From positions 1 to 64,000 of the forward strand of contig CAVSHR010000009.1 in the NCBI GenBank assembly GCA_963727625.1: a stretch of DNA of 64,000 nucleotides. The letters are read 5' to 3'. Within the stretch, counting starts at the first letter, position 1. Each line of letters begins with the position of its first letter. Shown here in pieces: positions 39,997 through 49,436 of this stretch. The DNA comes from an uncultured delta proteobacterium. Lineage in GTDB: Bacteria > Desulfobacterota > Binatia > UBA9968. The notes below the pieces were generated by a model. It saw only the letters and a program-made list of their open reading frames with translations. It was not told the DNA's origin and searched no databases. The position numbers were made by a program, and so were the translations under genes.

Positions 39997-40499
39997 TGCC
40001 CCTGAAGCTGCGAGACCATGTGGCGGATTTCCGGCAGAATCAACTTCTCCATGGCCAGTGTAACGGCGCCCTTGGAACCCGGCAGCGAGATCAATATCTT
40101 GCCACACGCGCTGCCGGCGGCGGCCCGGCTCATGATCGCCGCCGAGCCGATGTCGAGGTAGCTCAAATAGCGAAACACCTCGCCAAAGCCGTCAAGCTTT
40201 TTTTCCAGGAAACGGCAGACCACTTCATAGGTACCGTCCCGCGGCGCGATGCCGGTGCCTCCGTTGACGATTACCGCGTCGACATCGCTCTTGGTAAGCG
40301 CTTCGTTGAGCAGGCTTTCGATTTGTGTCGGTTCGTCCTTGACGATCCGATAGCCCGTCGCCTGATGCCCCTCGCCGGTCAATAATTTTTTAATCGTCTG
40401 CCCGCTCGTGTCCGTGTTTTCGTCGCGCGTGTCGCTGACCGTGACGACGAAGCAGCGAATGCTCTTTTTACCCTTTTCCTTGTGCTCGTGAACCGACAT
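39993..40499 (-). CDS. moaB: MoaB/Mog molybdenum cofactor biosynthesis protein
   Basis: TVSDTR...DTSG, NGGTGIAPRD.T, SRA.AG, LPGS. Confidence 0.92.
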   Translation of the reverse strand: MSVHEHKEKGKKSIRCFVVTVSDTRDENTDTSGQTIKKLLTGEGHQATGYRIVKDEPTQIESLLNEALTKSDVDAVIVNGGTGIAPRDGTYEVVCRFLEKKLDGFGEVFRYLSYLDIGSAAIMSRAAAGSACGKILISLPGSKGAVTLAMEKLILPEIRHMVSQLQGQ

Positions 40500-40528
40500 C
40501 GCGCGTCTCCTTGAAATTCTCAGCTCGA

Positions 40529-40556
40529 ATCATAGCAACACCGGGCGCGATTTCAA
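40529..40556 (-). promoter_or_regulatory. Sigma70-type promoter of moaB-D-E
   Basis: Minus strand TTGAAA-16nt-TATGAT with extended -10 TG. Confidence 0.6.
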
Positions 40557-40630
40557 AGGTTGCCGTAAGCTCAAATCCCAAGCCCGATGCAGTTGTACCC
40601 GCGGTTTCAGCCGAATATGATAAGGACACA

Positions 40631-41788
40631 GTGGCAGCACCCTTTTCGCTTTATATCCACATCCCATACTGTATCAGCAAGTGTCCCTACTGCGACTTCA
40701 ACTCTCATGTCGTCGCCGATATTCCCGAACAAGTCTATACCGACAGCCTTTTAGGAGAACTGGAATTTTATGGCGAGCAGGCGGACTGGCGCGGCCGGCT
40801 CGTGCAAAGCATCTTCTTCGGCGGCGGCACGCCGTCGACGTTCAGGCCGGAAAGCATCGGCAAGCTGCTCGCCCGGGTCGCGGCGACATTTCCGATCAAC
40901 GCCGACTGCGAAATTACATTGGAAGCCAATCCCGGCACCGTCGACAGCGATAAGTTCTTCGGCTACCGCGACGCCGGTGTCAACCGCATCAGCGTGGGCG
41001 TGCAGTCGTTCCAACCGCGGCTCTTGAAATTTCTCGGGCGCGTGCACAGTGCCGACGAGGCCAAGCAGGCGCTGCGAGTGGTCAAGCAAGCCCGTTTTGA
41101 CAATTTTAGTTTCGATCTGATTTATGCCAACCCCGGTCAGACTCTGAAAGAATTGGCAGACGATCTCGACACCGCGCTGGAGTTCAAGCCGCCCCACCTG
41201 TCGGCTTACAATCTAACCTTCGAAGAAGGCACGCCGTTTCATCACGAGTACCGCGCCGGACGGATGAAATCGCTCGGCGAGGAAGAAGAAATCGCCATGG
41301 CGGAGCTGGTCGAGACTAAGCTATCCGCCGCAGGGCTCAAGCGTTACGAAATATCGAACTATGCCCGGCCCCGTTGGCACTCGCGACATAACGTGAATTA
41401 TTGGCGTAGCGGCGACTATCTCGGTCTCGGCGCCGGCGCGCATAGTTACAGCAAGGACCGTGACGTTGTAACGGGCCGGCGCTGGAGCAATGAAAAAAGC
41501 CCCGCCAAATACATGGAGCAAGTCAACCAGCATCGGCACGCCGTGATCGAGCGGGAAAACATCGACAGCGAGAAAGCCGCCGCGGAATTTATGTTCCTCG
41601 GCTTGCGCATAACCGAGGGAATCTCGGTTGAGAAATTTCGCCGGCGCTTCGGCAAGACTCCGGTGGACTTCTACCCGCAGATCGGTTCATGGATTGACGG
41701 TAGAATTTTGAAAGAACAAGCTGGCTTCCTGCATTTTACGCCCCAAGGCCTCATGGTCGCCAACTCTATCTTCGTTCATTTCATGTGA
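40631..41788 (+). CDS. hemW: Radical SAM heme chaperone HemW
   Basis: LYIHIPYCISKCPYCDFN, FGGGTPS, YEISN, HNVNYW. Confidence 0.92.
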   Translation: MAAPFSLYIHIPYCISKCPYCDFNSHVVADIPEQVYTDSLLGELEFYGEQADWRGRLVQSIFFGGGTPSTFRPESIGKLLARVAATFPINADCEITLEANPGTVDSDKFFGYRDAGVNRISVGVQSFQPRLLKFLGRVHSADEAKQALRVVKQARFDNFSFDLIYANPGQTLKELADDLDTALEFKPPHLSAYNLTFEEGTPFHHEYRAGRMKSLGEEEEIAMAELVETKLSAAGLKRYEISNYARPRWHSRHNVNYWRSGDYLGLGAGAHSYSKDRDVVTGRRWSNEKSPAKYMEQVNQHRHAVIERENIDSEKAAAEFMFLGLRITEGISVEKFRRRFGKTPVDFYPQIGSWIDGRILKEQAGFLHFTPQGLMVANSIFVHFM

Positions 41789-41871
41789 GCCTTGGGTTGC
41801 AGCAAATCGCCAAATTTTAATCTCTTGTCGCGATCATTCGCACGAGATACCGATCAACCGTGGAGGAGATT

Positions 41872-43044
41872 ATGGGAAATGACTTAAATAAAATTCGCAT
41901 CGACCATATCGGCAGCATGGTGCGCCCGGAGAATCTGAAAGAGGTGTTTGCTCGTTTCGATCGCGGCCATGCGACCCGGGAAGAACTGTCAAAAGCCCAG
42001 GACGAAGCGATCCGCGACCTAATCCAAAAGCAGGAAGCCCATGGCTTGCCGGTGGTCACCGACGGCGAGTTTCGCCGCCACAGCTTCCAGGAAAGTTTCT
42101 CCGAATGTGTCACCGGCTTCGACGTGCCCAAAAATGTCGAGCTCTACTACGAGCAGCGCGATCTCAATCAAACACCGCTGGAACGAGCGGAGCAAAACTT
42201 CGATGACTCCGGACCGGCGATCATCACCCGGCGTGGCGCCGACGAGCGGCTCGGGCTCATCCGCAACCTTCCATTGGAAGAATTACGCTACGCCCAGAGC
42301 GTCGCGAAAGTCCCGGTGAAAGTCACCGTCCTCGGACCGGACCGCATCGCCCAGCGTTTCAAATGGGAAACGTCGCTCGATATTTATAAAGGCCTCGATG
42401 ATTTTGTCGAGCACGTGGTTCAAATCGAACGGCAAATCATCGCAGATTTGGTCAAGGCGGGCTGCAAATACATCCAGATCGACGCTCCAGGCTACACTGC
42501 CTACGTCGACAAGGTTTCGCTAGAGCGTATGCGCTCCCGCGGCGAAGATCCGCATAGAAACTTCCAGCGCTCCATCGACGCCGACAACGCGCTTATCGAA
42601 GGCTTTCCGGGCGTGACTTTCGGCATTCACATCTGCCGCGGCAACGCCCGCACCGTCGATCCAAAGACCGGCAAGCTCGTACCGCAATGGCATCGGGAAG
42701 GATCCTACGACGCCATCGCGGAAAAACTGTTCAACACCCTCAAGCACCAGCGCCTGCTGCTCGAATACGACAGCGACCGTGCCGGCGGCTTCGAGCCGCT
42801 GCGGCTCGTACCTAAAGATAAGATCGTGGTTCTGGGTCTGGTCTCAACCAAGGACTCGGACATGGAAACCGTCGACGACTTGAAACACCGTATCGACCAG
42901 GCCGGTAAATTTCTGCCCATCGATCAACTCGCCTTGAGCCCCCAATGCGGCTTCGGTGGCATCGACTCGAAAGTGCTCAGCGAAGCGGAAATGTGGAAAA
43001 AGTTGGAGACGATCGTCAAGACCGCGCGACAGGTTTGGCTTTAG
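41872..43044 (+). CDS. Cobalamin-independent methionine synthase II-like protein (single domain)
   Basis: DHIGS..RP, TDGEFRR, IQIDAP, HICRGN, LEYD, SPQCGF. Confidence 0.88.
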   Translation: MGNDLNKIRIDHIGSMVRPENLKEVFARFDRGHATREELSKAQDEAIRDLIQKQEAHGLPVVTDGEFRRHSFQESFSECVTGFDVPKNVELYYEQRDLNQTPLERAEQNFDDSGPAIITRRGADERLGLIRNLPLEELRYAQSVAKVPVKVTVLGPDRIAQRFKWETSLDIYKGLDDFVEHVVQIERQIIADLVKAGCKYIQIDAPGYTAYVDKVSLERMRSRGEDPHRNFQRSIDADNALIEGFPGVTFGIHICRGNARTVDPKTGKLVPQWHREGSYDAIAEKLFNTLKHQRLLLEYDSDRAGGFEPLRLVPKDKIVVLGLVSTKDSDMETVDDLKHRIDQAGKFLPIDQLALSPQCGFGGIDSKVLSEAEMWKKLETIVKTARQVWL

Positions 43045-43451
43045 CGCCGCGAGGCTTTAGGAACGTTCCCAGTAGCACGTTCGATACTTTTCAAGCTCGC
43101 GACGGTGTTGGTTGATACGGTTAGGATGACTATTTGACTGCGTGATCTAGACCCTATTTCACGAGCAATGACTCAAAAATCAGCTATTAAGCCTACATCC
43201 AAATGGGGCAAATCCCGCGCGCAAACGCAATTGCTCGCTTCGGGTGATGCGGTTAACCGGAAGGGATGCTCCGTATTTTTAGCATCGTACGATCTAAGCG
43301 CGGGCTTGCATTGATCTTTGTGGCAATTTTTCATGCGACGGAGTAAACTCAGATTTCAAAGTTGCTGGTCAGAATTGATTTCCGTTTCAGAATTCCAACC
43401 CGGCAGCCCAGCGATTGTGTAAACGTCGTCGAACCAAAGTATTTGAACGCT

Positions 43452-44003
43452 ATGTCGTTACGACTTGAGAATGATTCGGTTGTACTGACGCCGGTTTACA
43501 AGGATTGGAAGGCACTCTCATTGCTACTCCCAGAGTTAGACCGTGCCCTCGCGCGGAGTGATTTCAAGGCACGAGTCGTGCTGGTTGATGACGGGTCCAC
43601 AGTCCCAGACCCCGCAACGCTTAGTCAATGTCATTTCGAATCGATAATCAGCGTCGAACTCGTATCACTTCACCGTAACCTCGGTCACCAACGCGCTATC
43701 GCGGTAGGACTTTGCTATATCGGAGCGAACCTGCAACAGAGTACGGTTTCGATTATGGACTCAGACGGTGAAGACGATCCCAAGGACGTTTTACGGCTGG
43801 TTCAGGAATGTGTGGCCCAACGAAACGAGAAGTGCGTCTTTGCCGCTTGGACCAGTCGTTCGGAAGGTTGGCGATTCACCTTCTGTTATCACCTGTATCG
43901 TCTCATTCACTTTCTGCTAACGGGAATCCGTGTGCGCGTAGGAACCTTCAGTGTCATTCCGCCGCTGGCTTTGAAGCGGCTCGTGGCGGCATCAGGCAGT
44001 TGA
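43452..44003 (+). pseudogene. Truncated family 2 glycosyltransferase
   Basis: PVYKDW, VDDGS, NLGHQRAIAVGL, MDSDGEDDP; stops abruptly without C-terminal half/TM helices. Confidence 0.7.
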
Positions 44004-44218
44004 AATCCGATACATACATTGAACAGAATCTTACCTATCTCGATTCAATTGGGAGGTTGCTATCCCTCGGCAATGCGGTTGTGCTTCGCCGGGCGATGCC
44101 AACCGAAGCTCAGATCCTTACTTGGGACCGCCTCTGCATACCCGTTTCGCGACTCGTCGATCGGCTCATGTTGGGCACCGTTGGGAAATCTATTCTAGCC
44201 GTATCGCGCAAGCAATGA
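43990..44218 (+). pseudogene. C-terminal fragment of a class I SAM methyltransferase-like gene
   Basis: YLDSIGRLLSLGN...PTEAQILTWDRLCIPVSRLVD...GKSILAV in another frame, no own start. Confidence 0.55.
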
Positions 44219-44265
44219 TCTTGTCGATAATAGCCCGCGGACACGGCAACCGAATCATTAGAAAG

Positions 44266-45459
44266 ATGAATCTGCGGACCAGCGCGCGTTTTTGCGTGAT
44301 TATTTGTCTTATTTGTGCACTCGATCGGTCAACTGTGTTTGCCGAAGCCCATCCTGCCTCTGGCACGGGCGTTCAAACAGATTTTGTGGAATTTTGGGCG
44401 GCATCGCGATTGCTCATCAATGGTGGAAACCCATTCTCGCCTGTCCAGGTCTTAGACCTGCAGCAATCGGTAGGGTATAGCGATGCCAAACCGCTCTTGA
44501 TGTGGCATCCGCCGTGGGCCCTTTCATTCGTTTTACCGGTCGGCGTTCTGGACTACGGGCTCAGCCAATTTGTTTGGCTAACCCTACACATTTTCTTCAT
44601 ATTGTTTTCGGCACAAAAACTATGGGCGATTTATAGTCCAACAGCACGACAAGCGTATTTGCCGTGGATTGCCGCATTCACTTTTGTTCCAACCTTGATG
44701 GTATTGATAATAGGGCAGATTACCCCGCTCGTCCTGCTTGGGATTGTCGGCTTTCTCTATTTTGAAAGGAAAAATCAGTTATTCTTGGCGGGCTTATCAA
44801 CAACAGCCATATCAATCAAACCGCATCTAGTCTATCTATTTTGGCTCGCATTGCTGCTTTGGGTCTGGAATCAAGGTCGCTGGCGGGTTGTGTATGGTGC
44901 AATGGTAGCTGGCTTAATTGTCGTCATCATACCCGCGATCATCGATCCTGCGGTATATTACCAGTTTATAGAAATGTACCGGGTCCCTGGACAATCGACC
45001 CCATTTGAATTGCCTGCACCAAGTATCGGAACTTTCCTAACGCATTACATCCCCCATGGAAATTTGCCGATTCAATTCCTACCACCGCTCCTAGGAATAT
45101 TATGGATTTTGTGGCATTGGCAAAGTCATAAGGAGAATTGGAATTGGTCTGAACAAGTTCCGTTGATAATATTGGTATCTCTCAATCTGAGTCCGTACGC
45201 TTGGACGTACGATCAGGTTCTTCTACTCCCCGCGGTTATCCATGGTTTCGTGATTATGAGCCGGCAGAGTTTTTCGTGGCATAAGTCCGGGTTCTGGCTT
45301 TTGTACAGTGGGGTTAATGCATGCTATTTTGCAGGCAAGCTTATTGTAACCACGGACTTATATTATTTTTGGCTAGCTCCTGCGTTTCTGTTAATATACT
45401 TAGGAATAAGTGCCAGTTCTCGCAGCAGCATTCCGGAAAGGTCTTATGGAGTTACTTGA
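44266..45459 (+). CDS. GT-C fold membrane glycosyltransferase (GT87/DUF2029-like)
   Basis: DFVEFWAA.RL...GNPF, WHPPW, GQI, IKPHL, PYAWTYD; many TM helices. Confidence 0.8.
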   Translation: MNLRTSARFCVIICLICALDRSTVFAEAHPASGTGVQTDFVEFWAASRLLINGGNPFSPVQVLDLQQSVGYSDAKPLLMWHPPWALSFVLPVGVLDYGLSQFVWLTLHIFFILFSAQKLWAIYSPTARQAYLPWIAAFTFVPTLMVLIIGQITPLVLLGIVGFLYFERKNQLFLAGLSTTAISIKPHLVYLFWLALLLWVWNQGRWRVVYGAMVAGLIVVIIPAIIDPAVYYQFIEMYRVPGQSTPFELPAPSIGTFLTHYIPHGNLPIQFLPPLLGILWILWHWQSHKENWNWSEQVPLIILVSLNLSPYAWTYDQVLLLPAVIHGFVIMSRQSFSWHKSGFWLLYSGVNACYFAGKLIVTTDLYYFWLAPAFLLIYLGISASSRSSIPERSYGVT

Positions 45460-45700
45460 AACGAATATCGTTCGATTGAGCAAGTTCAACAGCGGATACG
45501 GATTGAGACGGAGCGTTCTAAGTTTAAGCCGGTACATATTTCAAAGTTAGCGGGGACCCTCAGAACCGAATGCGGCTTCGGCGGCATCCACTCGAAAGGT
45601 TTTTACGAAGATGAAATTGGTCAGAGGTTAGGTAAATTGTCGAAACCGCGCAATGAATTTGCGCACCAACTCTAACAACGTACACCTAACAAGATCTCAG

Positions 45701-45970
45701 CTATACTTCGCTCAGCCACTCTTCATGCACATCAACCCAGATTGAATCTTGATCACCGCAGTTCGACACTTCGCTGAGATCAAAACGGACGGTATAGAGC
45801 GGTTTATGGATGCCGCGGTGATCCCTAACATTTTCAAGAATACCGTGGACTAAACCGATGACGCCGCGTTTGCCGCGAATATAATGCGGAGTGCGCGGGT
45901 TGCCGGCGGGATTTTCCGCGGCGACCAGGACGGCATCGCCTATCTTGTACTTACTGGAGCTGAATTCCAT
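45701..45970 (-). CDS. Nitrile hydratase beta C-terminal SH3-like / thiocyanate hydrolase alpha-like subunit
   Basis: YKIGDAV.V, PRTPHYIRGKRGVI, PLYTVRF, IWVDVHEEWL. Confidence 0.82.
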   Translation of the reverse strand: MEFSSSKYKIGDAVLVAAENPAGNPRTPHYIRGKRGVIGLVHGILENVRDHRGIHKPLYTVRFDLSEVSNCGDQDSIWVDVHEEWLSEV

Positions 45971-45979
45971 CGTTCTCTC

Positions 45980-47053
45980 TCAGTCCGGGCGAACTCTCGG
46001 CGCTTCCGGCGTCGCTCCGGCTCTTTCGGCCGCTTGCTGTTGGGCCGGTTCCAGCGCGTAGCCCGCGCCGATTAAGCTGTCGACCGTGACGAGCTTGGCC
46101 AATTCTTCTTCGGCCATTCCCTCGATCCCGGCGGGCCGCTGCGGCAAAACGAAATAACGAACATCGGAGGTGCTGTCCCAGACTCGGACCTCTTTACGCT
46201 CCGGAACTTTCAACCCGAACATATCCTGGACGCATTGGCGCGGGTTCTGGACGATATTGGTCCGGTAGCTTTCGTGCTTGTACCACCAGGGGGTGTCGCC
46301 GAGGATATCGTAGGGGTAGCAGGAGCACAGCGTACAGACGATCACGTTATGCACCGCGTCGGTGTTCTCGACGACGACCAGCTTACCGACTTTCCCCTGG
46401 TGCACACCCATTTCTCGAAGCGCTTCCCTGCCCGTCGTTAGGAGCGCCTCTTTAAAAGCCGGGTCCGTCCATGCCTTGGCCACAATCACGCCGCCGGCCC
46501 ATGGACGTTCTTCATGGAGCTGCCTCCAGCGCTGTTCCAACTCCGCTCGAGTTGCCCAGCCGCGCAGGATCAGCGCCTGAACGAAAACCTCGAGCAGCTC
46601 GGAATAGTCTTTCAGGTCCTGCTGCACACTCGCCATGCGCTCCTCAAGTTCACCTTGGTGTTCTTTCTTTTTGATCTTGAAAAAGTCGTCGTAGTCGCCG
46701 CGCTCCTTGCGGTTGTCCTCGGTCACCATGTCCATGCCTTCGACGGCGCGCGCCGAGACCAGAGCGATGCCCTTGACGTATTCATCGAGCCATTCCTCTA
46801 AGTAACGCACCCGGGCCTCGATGTTTTTTCCCTGCGGTTTGGCGATCTTGAAAAAATGGTCCTTCTTTTTGAGCGTCTCGCGAACTTTGAGCAGGTCATA
46901 AAACGTTACCACCCCGCGCCGCAGCAAGTATATAATCCTCGGCTCGAAGCGCTTGGCGCGATAATACTCCAGATCTTCTTCGACCGCTTTGATATGCGCG
47001 AGGTAGTCGTGCATATGACCTTCGAACGGCTTGTGTCCATGCTTTCCCGACAT
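45980..47053 (-). CDS. Nitrile hydratase alpha / thiocyanate hydrolase gamma-like subunit with long N-terminal extension
   Basis: VAKAWTDPAFK, VENT..VHNVIVCTLCSCYP (Co-type), PWWYK..YR, VRVWDST, VLPQRP.G.EG; RBS GGAGG. Confidence 0.88.
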   Translation of the reverse strand: MSGKHGHKPFEGHMHDYLAHIKAVEEDLEYYRAKRFEPRIIYLLRRGVVTFYDLLKVRETLKKKDHFFKIAKPQGKNIEARVRYLEEWLDEYVKGIALVSARAVEGMDMVTEDNRKERGDYDDFFKIKKKEHQGELEERMASVQQDLKDYSELLEVFVQALILRGWATRAELEQRWRQLHEERPWAGGVIVAKAWTDPAFKEALLTTGREALREMGVHQGKVGKLVVVENTDAVHNVIVCTLCSCYPYDILGDTPWWYKHESYRTNIVQNPRQCVQDMFGLKVPERKEVRVWDSTSDVRYFVLPQRPAGIEGMAEEELAKLVTVDSLIGAGYALEPAQQQAAERAGATPEAPRVRPD

Positions 47054-47075
47054 CGTTCCTCCGAATCGATCTACA

Positions 47076-48791
47076 TCAGTGGGTATCGAATATCTCCTGG
47101 AACTGTTTCAACTTGGCTTTGGTCGCTTCAGTCTCAGCTGCCGTCGGTTTCATGGCATCGACAGCCGGCGGCAAACAACCGAACTTCATCAGGCATGCCA
47201 TCAATAACAGCCGCGCCTTCGTGGCCGTTAAGTTACTGCCGGCAATCGATAACGGGTCGCGCGTCGGATCGACGAAGCCGCCGGCGTTGCCGCGGCCGAC
47301 CTTGACCACCGGCATGCCGCTAAACACGGCGCGCTTGAGCGCCGCATTGACAGAGTTGCTCATGGCGCCGAACGGCGCCGATCCTTCGGCGACAAAACCG
47401 GCCAATGGCGCATCGCGCAAGTTTTTCTCGATCCGGGCCAAGATGTCGACCTCGCTGCTGGCGTCGCCCGAAGTATCCGGCGGCAGGTAGCGCGCGTGCT
47501 TGACAATGGTGACCGTCGGAATCGCGCTAGCAAGCATCTCTCCATTCGCGTCTTTAACGGCGATGGCGATCTTTTCAACCTTTGAACCTTGAACCCTAGA
47601 ACCTTGAACGTCTCTGGGAAACTGCGTCAAATTCACCGCTGACCGGTGCGTATGCCGCTTCACCGGCTTAAATGTGAACTGCGGCGCTCCGGGATGGCCC
47701 ATGCGGCCGATGATGCCGCCATGACCGCCGGTGGCGACATAGCCGCCGGGGCGAGCGTCGGATTTTTGCACGTCGCGCGAAGTGAAAATCTGCTCGTCGA
47801 GGATCGCCACCGCGCCGACGCAGTCACGGCCGTTTTCATCGGCCCAGATCCGCGAAGCGATGTAGTCCACCGAGTCGACGATGTTGCGATCGCCGTCGTT
47901 GGCGATGGCGCCGTGAGGCCGCTGGGACGAATTTCCGCAAATCGGCACTGCCGTATCGATCAGCAAGTTCAGCCAGTAGGTCGTCTCTTCGACAAACGGG
48001 CTGCCTTCGAGCCAGATCGCGCCCAAGTATTTGCCGCTCGCGAGCGCCCGTTGAACGGTATTGGTCAGCCGCGCCAGCGCCGCCATGGGAGGTTCTTTGC
48101 GCAAGTAGCCTGGCCGGTAAGGAAAGAAATCGACGCCGCGCGTCTCGGGCGCGATGTCTCCTTCGCCGATATCGGTGCGCTCCTCGCCGCGCCGGCCGGT
48201 TGGATAACCGCCGGAAGGCAAGGCGCGGTAAAAATCGAAGTTGGCTTTTCTACTTATGAGGCATCCCACACCTTCGTCGGAGATACCTAAACGATCGATC
48301 TCTTCGAACAGCCGCGAGCCGTCGGGGAAGAAAGGAACGCGGCATAATTCGGCGGGCGCGTTCTTTTCCGTGCCGTCCATCTCCCATGCTTGTCCGTTCG
48401 CCTGCCGCGCCATGTAGGGCAGGGGATAGAGACCATCTTCAGGTCTGAGCGTTACTTCGTACACCGGCCGATCGATCGGGCTGGTGCGCTCCTTGTGAAT
48501 GATCCCGGCACCGTCGAGATAGCCGTCAGGAGGAGCGTAGAGTTCAGCCGAGTCGCGTTCGAGCGGATGGGCGCTAAACTGTTCGATGTAAACGGTTACC
48601 GGCGCCGCCAGGCGCTGCGGGCGCAGGACGTCGAAGCGCATCGACGACCCGTCCGCGTGGGCGCGCGCCGGCAAGCCGTACCGCTCGCGCGCTTTATTGC
48701 TGGTCACCAGCGGTTCGGTGTTCTGAATGGTTGCGGTGGGTCCGGAAAAAATCGCGATACGCGGTTTCTCGCCGCCGTCTACATGGACCAC
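47076..48791 (-). CDS. Asparaginase-fold protein, atypical (571 aa)
   Basis: WLEGSPFVEETTYWLNLL...PICGNSSQRP...DGDRNI.D, RDVQK, GMPVVKVGR, GSNLTATKARLLLM. Confidence 0.72.
   Translation of the reverse strand: MVHVDGGEKPRIAIFSGPTATIQNTEPLVTSNKARERYGLPARAHADGSSMRFDVLRPQRLAAPVTVYIEQFSAHPLERDSAELYAPPDGYLDGAGIIHKERTSPIDRPVYEVTLRPEDGLYPLPYMARQANGQAWEMDGTEKNAPAELCRVPFFPDGSRLFEEIDRLGISDEGVGCLISRKANFDFYRALPSGGYPTGRRGEERTDIGEGDIAPETRGVDFFPYRPGYLRKEPPMAALARLTNTVQRALASGKYLGAIWLEGSPFVEETTYWLNLLIDTAVPICGNSSQRPHGAIANDGDRNIVDSVDYIASRIWADENGRDCVGAVAILDEQIFTSRDVQKSDARPGGYVATGGHGGIIGRMGHPGAPQFTFKPVKRHTHRSAVNLTQFPRDVQGSRVQGSKVEKIAIAVKDANGEMLASAIPTVTIVKHARYLPPDTSGDASSEVDILARIEKNLRDAPLAGFVAEGSAPFGAMSNSVNAALKRAVFSGMPVVKVGRGNAGGFVDPTRDPLSIAGSNLTATKARLLLMACLMKFGCLPPAVDAMKPTAAETEATKAKLKQFQEIFDTH
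47574..47610. repeat. Short imperfect 7-8 bp tandem repeat within CDS
   Basis: TTCAACC TTTGAACC TTGAACC CTAGAACC TTGAACG, encoding VQGSRVQGSKVE on minus strand. Confidence 0.6.
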
Positions 48792-48854
48792 AGAATTCTC
48801 CTTCTAAATGAGATCGACTGTTTACGGCACAGGAGTAGTGCTAGATCGCCGATG

Positions 48855-49436
48855 CTACTTCAATTCGAACGGAATTTGTTCCGGTCCGTATCCCTGCCAA
48901 TAATTATTCGCCGCCGGATCGTAACGTCCCTGCAAGAAGCCGCCGGCCTTCTCGGCCCGGATGATAATCGCAACTGTCCGCTCCTCGCCGCTTTCCTCGG
49001 CGTGGATCTGGTAGGGCGGCACGAGGTCAACCTTGCCGGGCCCAACTCTGACATTTTCGCTGCGGCGAATCTCGGCGTAATCCGGCTTAGAGCCGTCGTC
49101 GAGGCGCTCGTAGCGTTCGATGCTTTCGTGCCCGTCGAGCACGCCGTAGAGAGTCCAGTTGTGCGCGTGGTCGTGAATCTGAGTGCGGGATTTGGGCGCC
49201 TTGATCAGGCCGTTGATCACGAACTTGTAGTCTGGGTCCTCGTAAAAGAGGAGATTTTGCGCCCTGCCGATTTGCTGGCAGGTCGGCCAACTCTTCGATT
49301 GTTCCCGAACCGACGGATCGGCGAGCAACGCCTGCAAAACAGGTGTCATCTTTTGCCAGCGAACCGATGGATCCTTTTCTTCAGCGAAAAGCTCGCGCGT
49401 CGACGCGATAAATTTTTCCACGGCGGTCTGAGGCAT
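48855..49436 (-). CDS. Cysteine dioxygenase-like cupin
   Basis: LLFYEDPDYKFVI, IHDHAHNWTLYGVLDG.E..ERY, PYQIHAE (3-His pattern); RBS AAGGAGG. Confidence 0.78.
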   Translation of the reverse strand: MPQTAVEKFIASTRELFAEEKDPSVRWQKMTPVLQALLADPSVREQSKSWPTCQQIGRAQNLLFYEDPDYKFVINGLIKAPKSRTQIHDHAHNWTLYGVLDGHESIERYERLDDGSKPDYAEIRRSENVRVGPGKVDLVPPYQIHAEESGEERTVAIIIRAEKAGGFLQGRYDPAANNYWQGYGPEQIPFELK

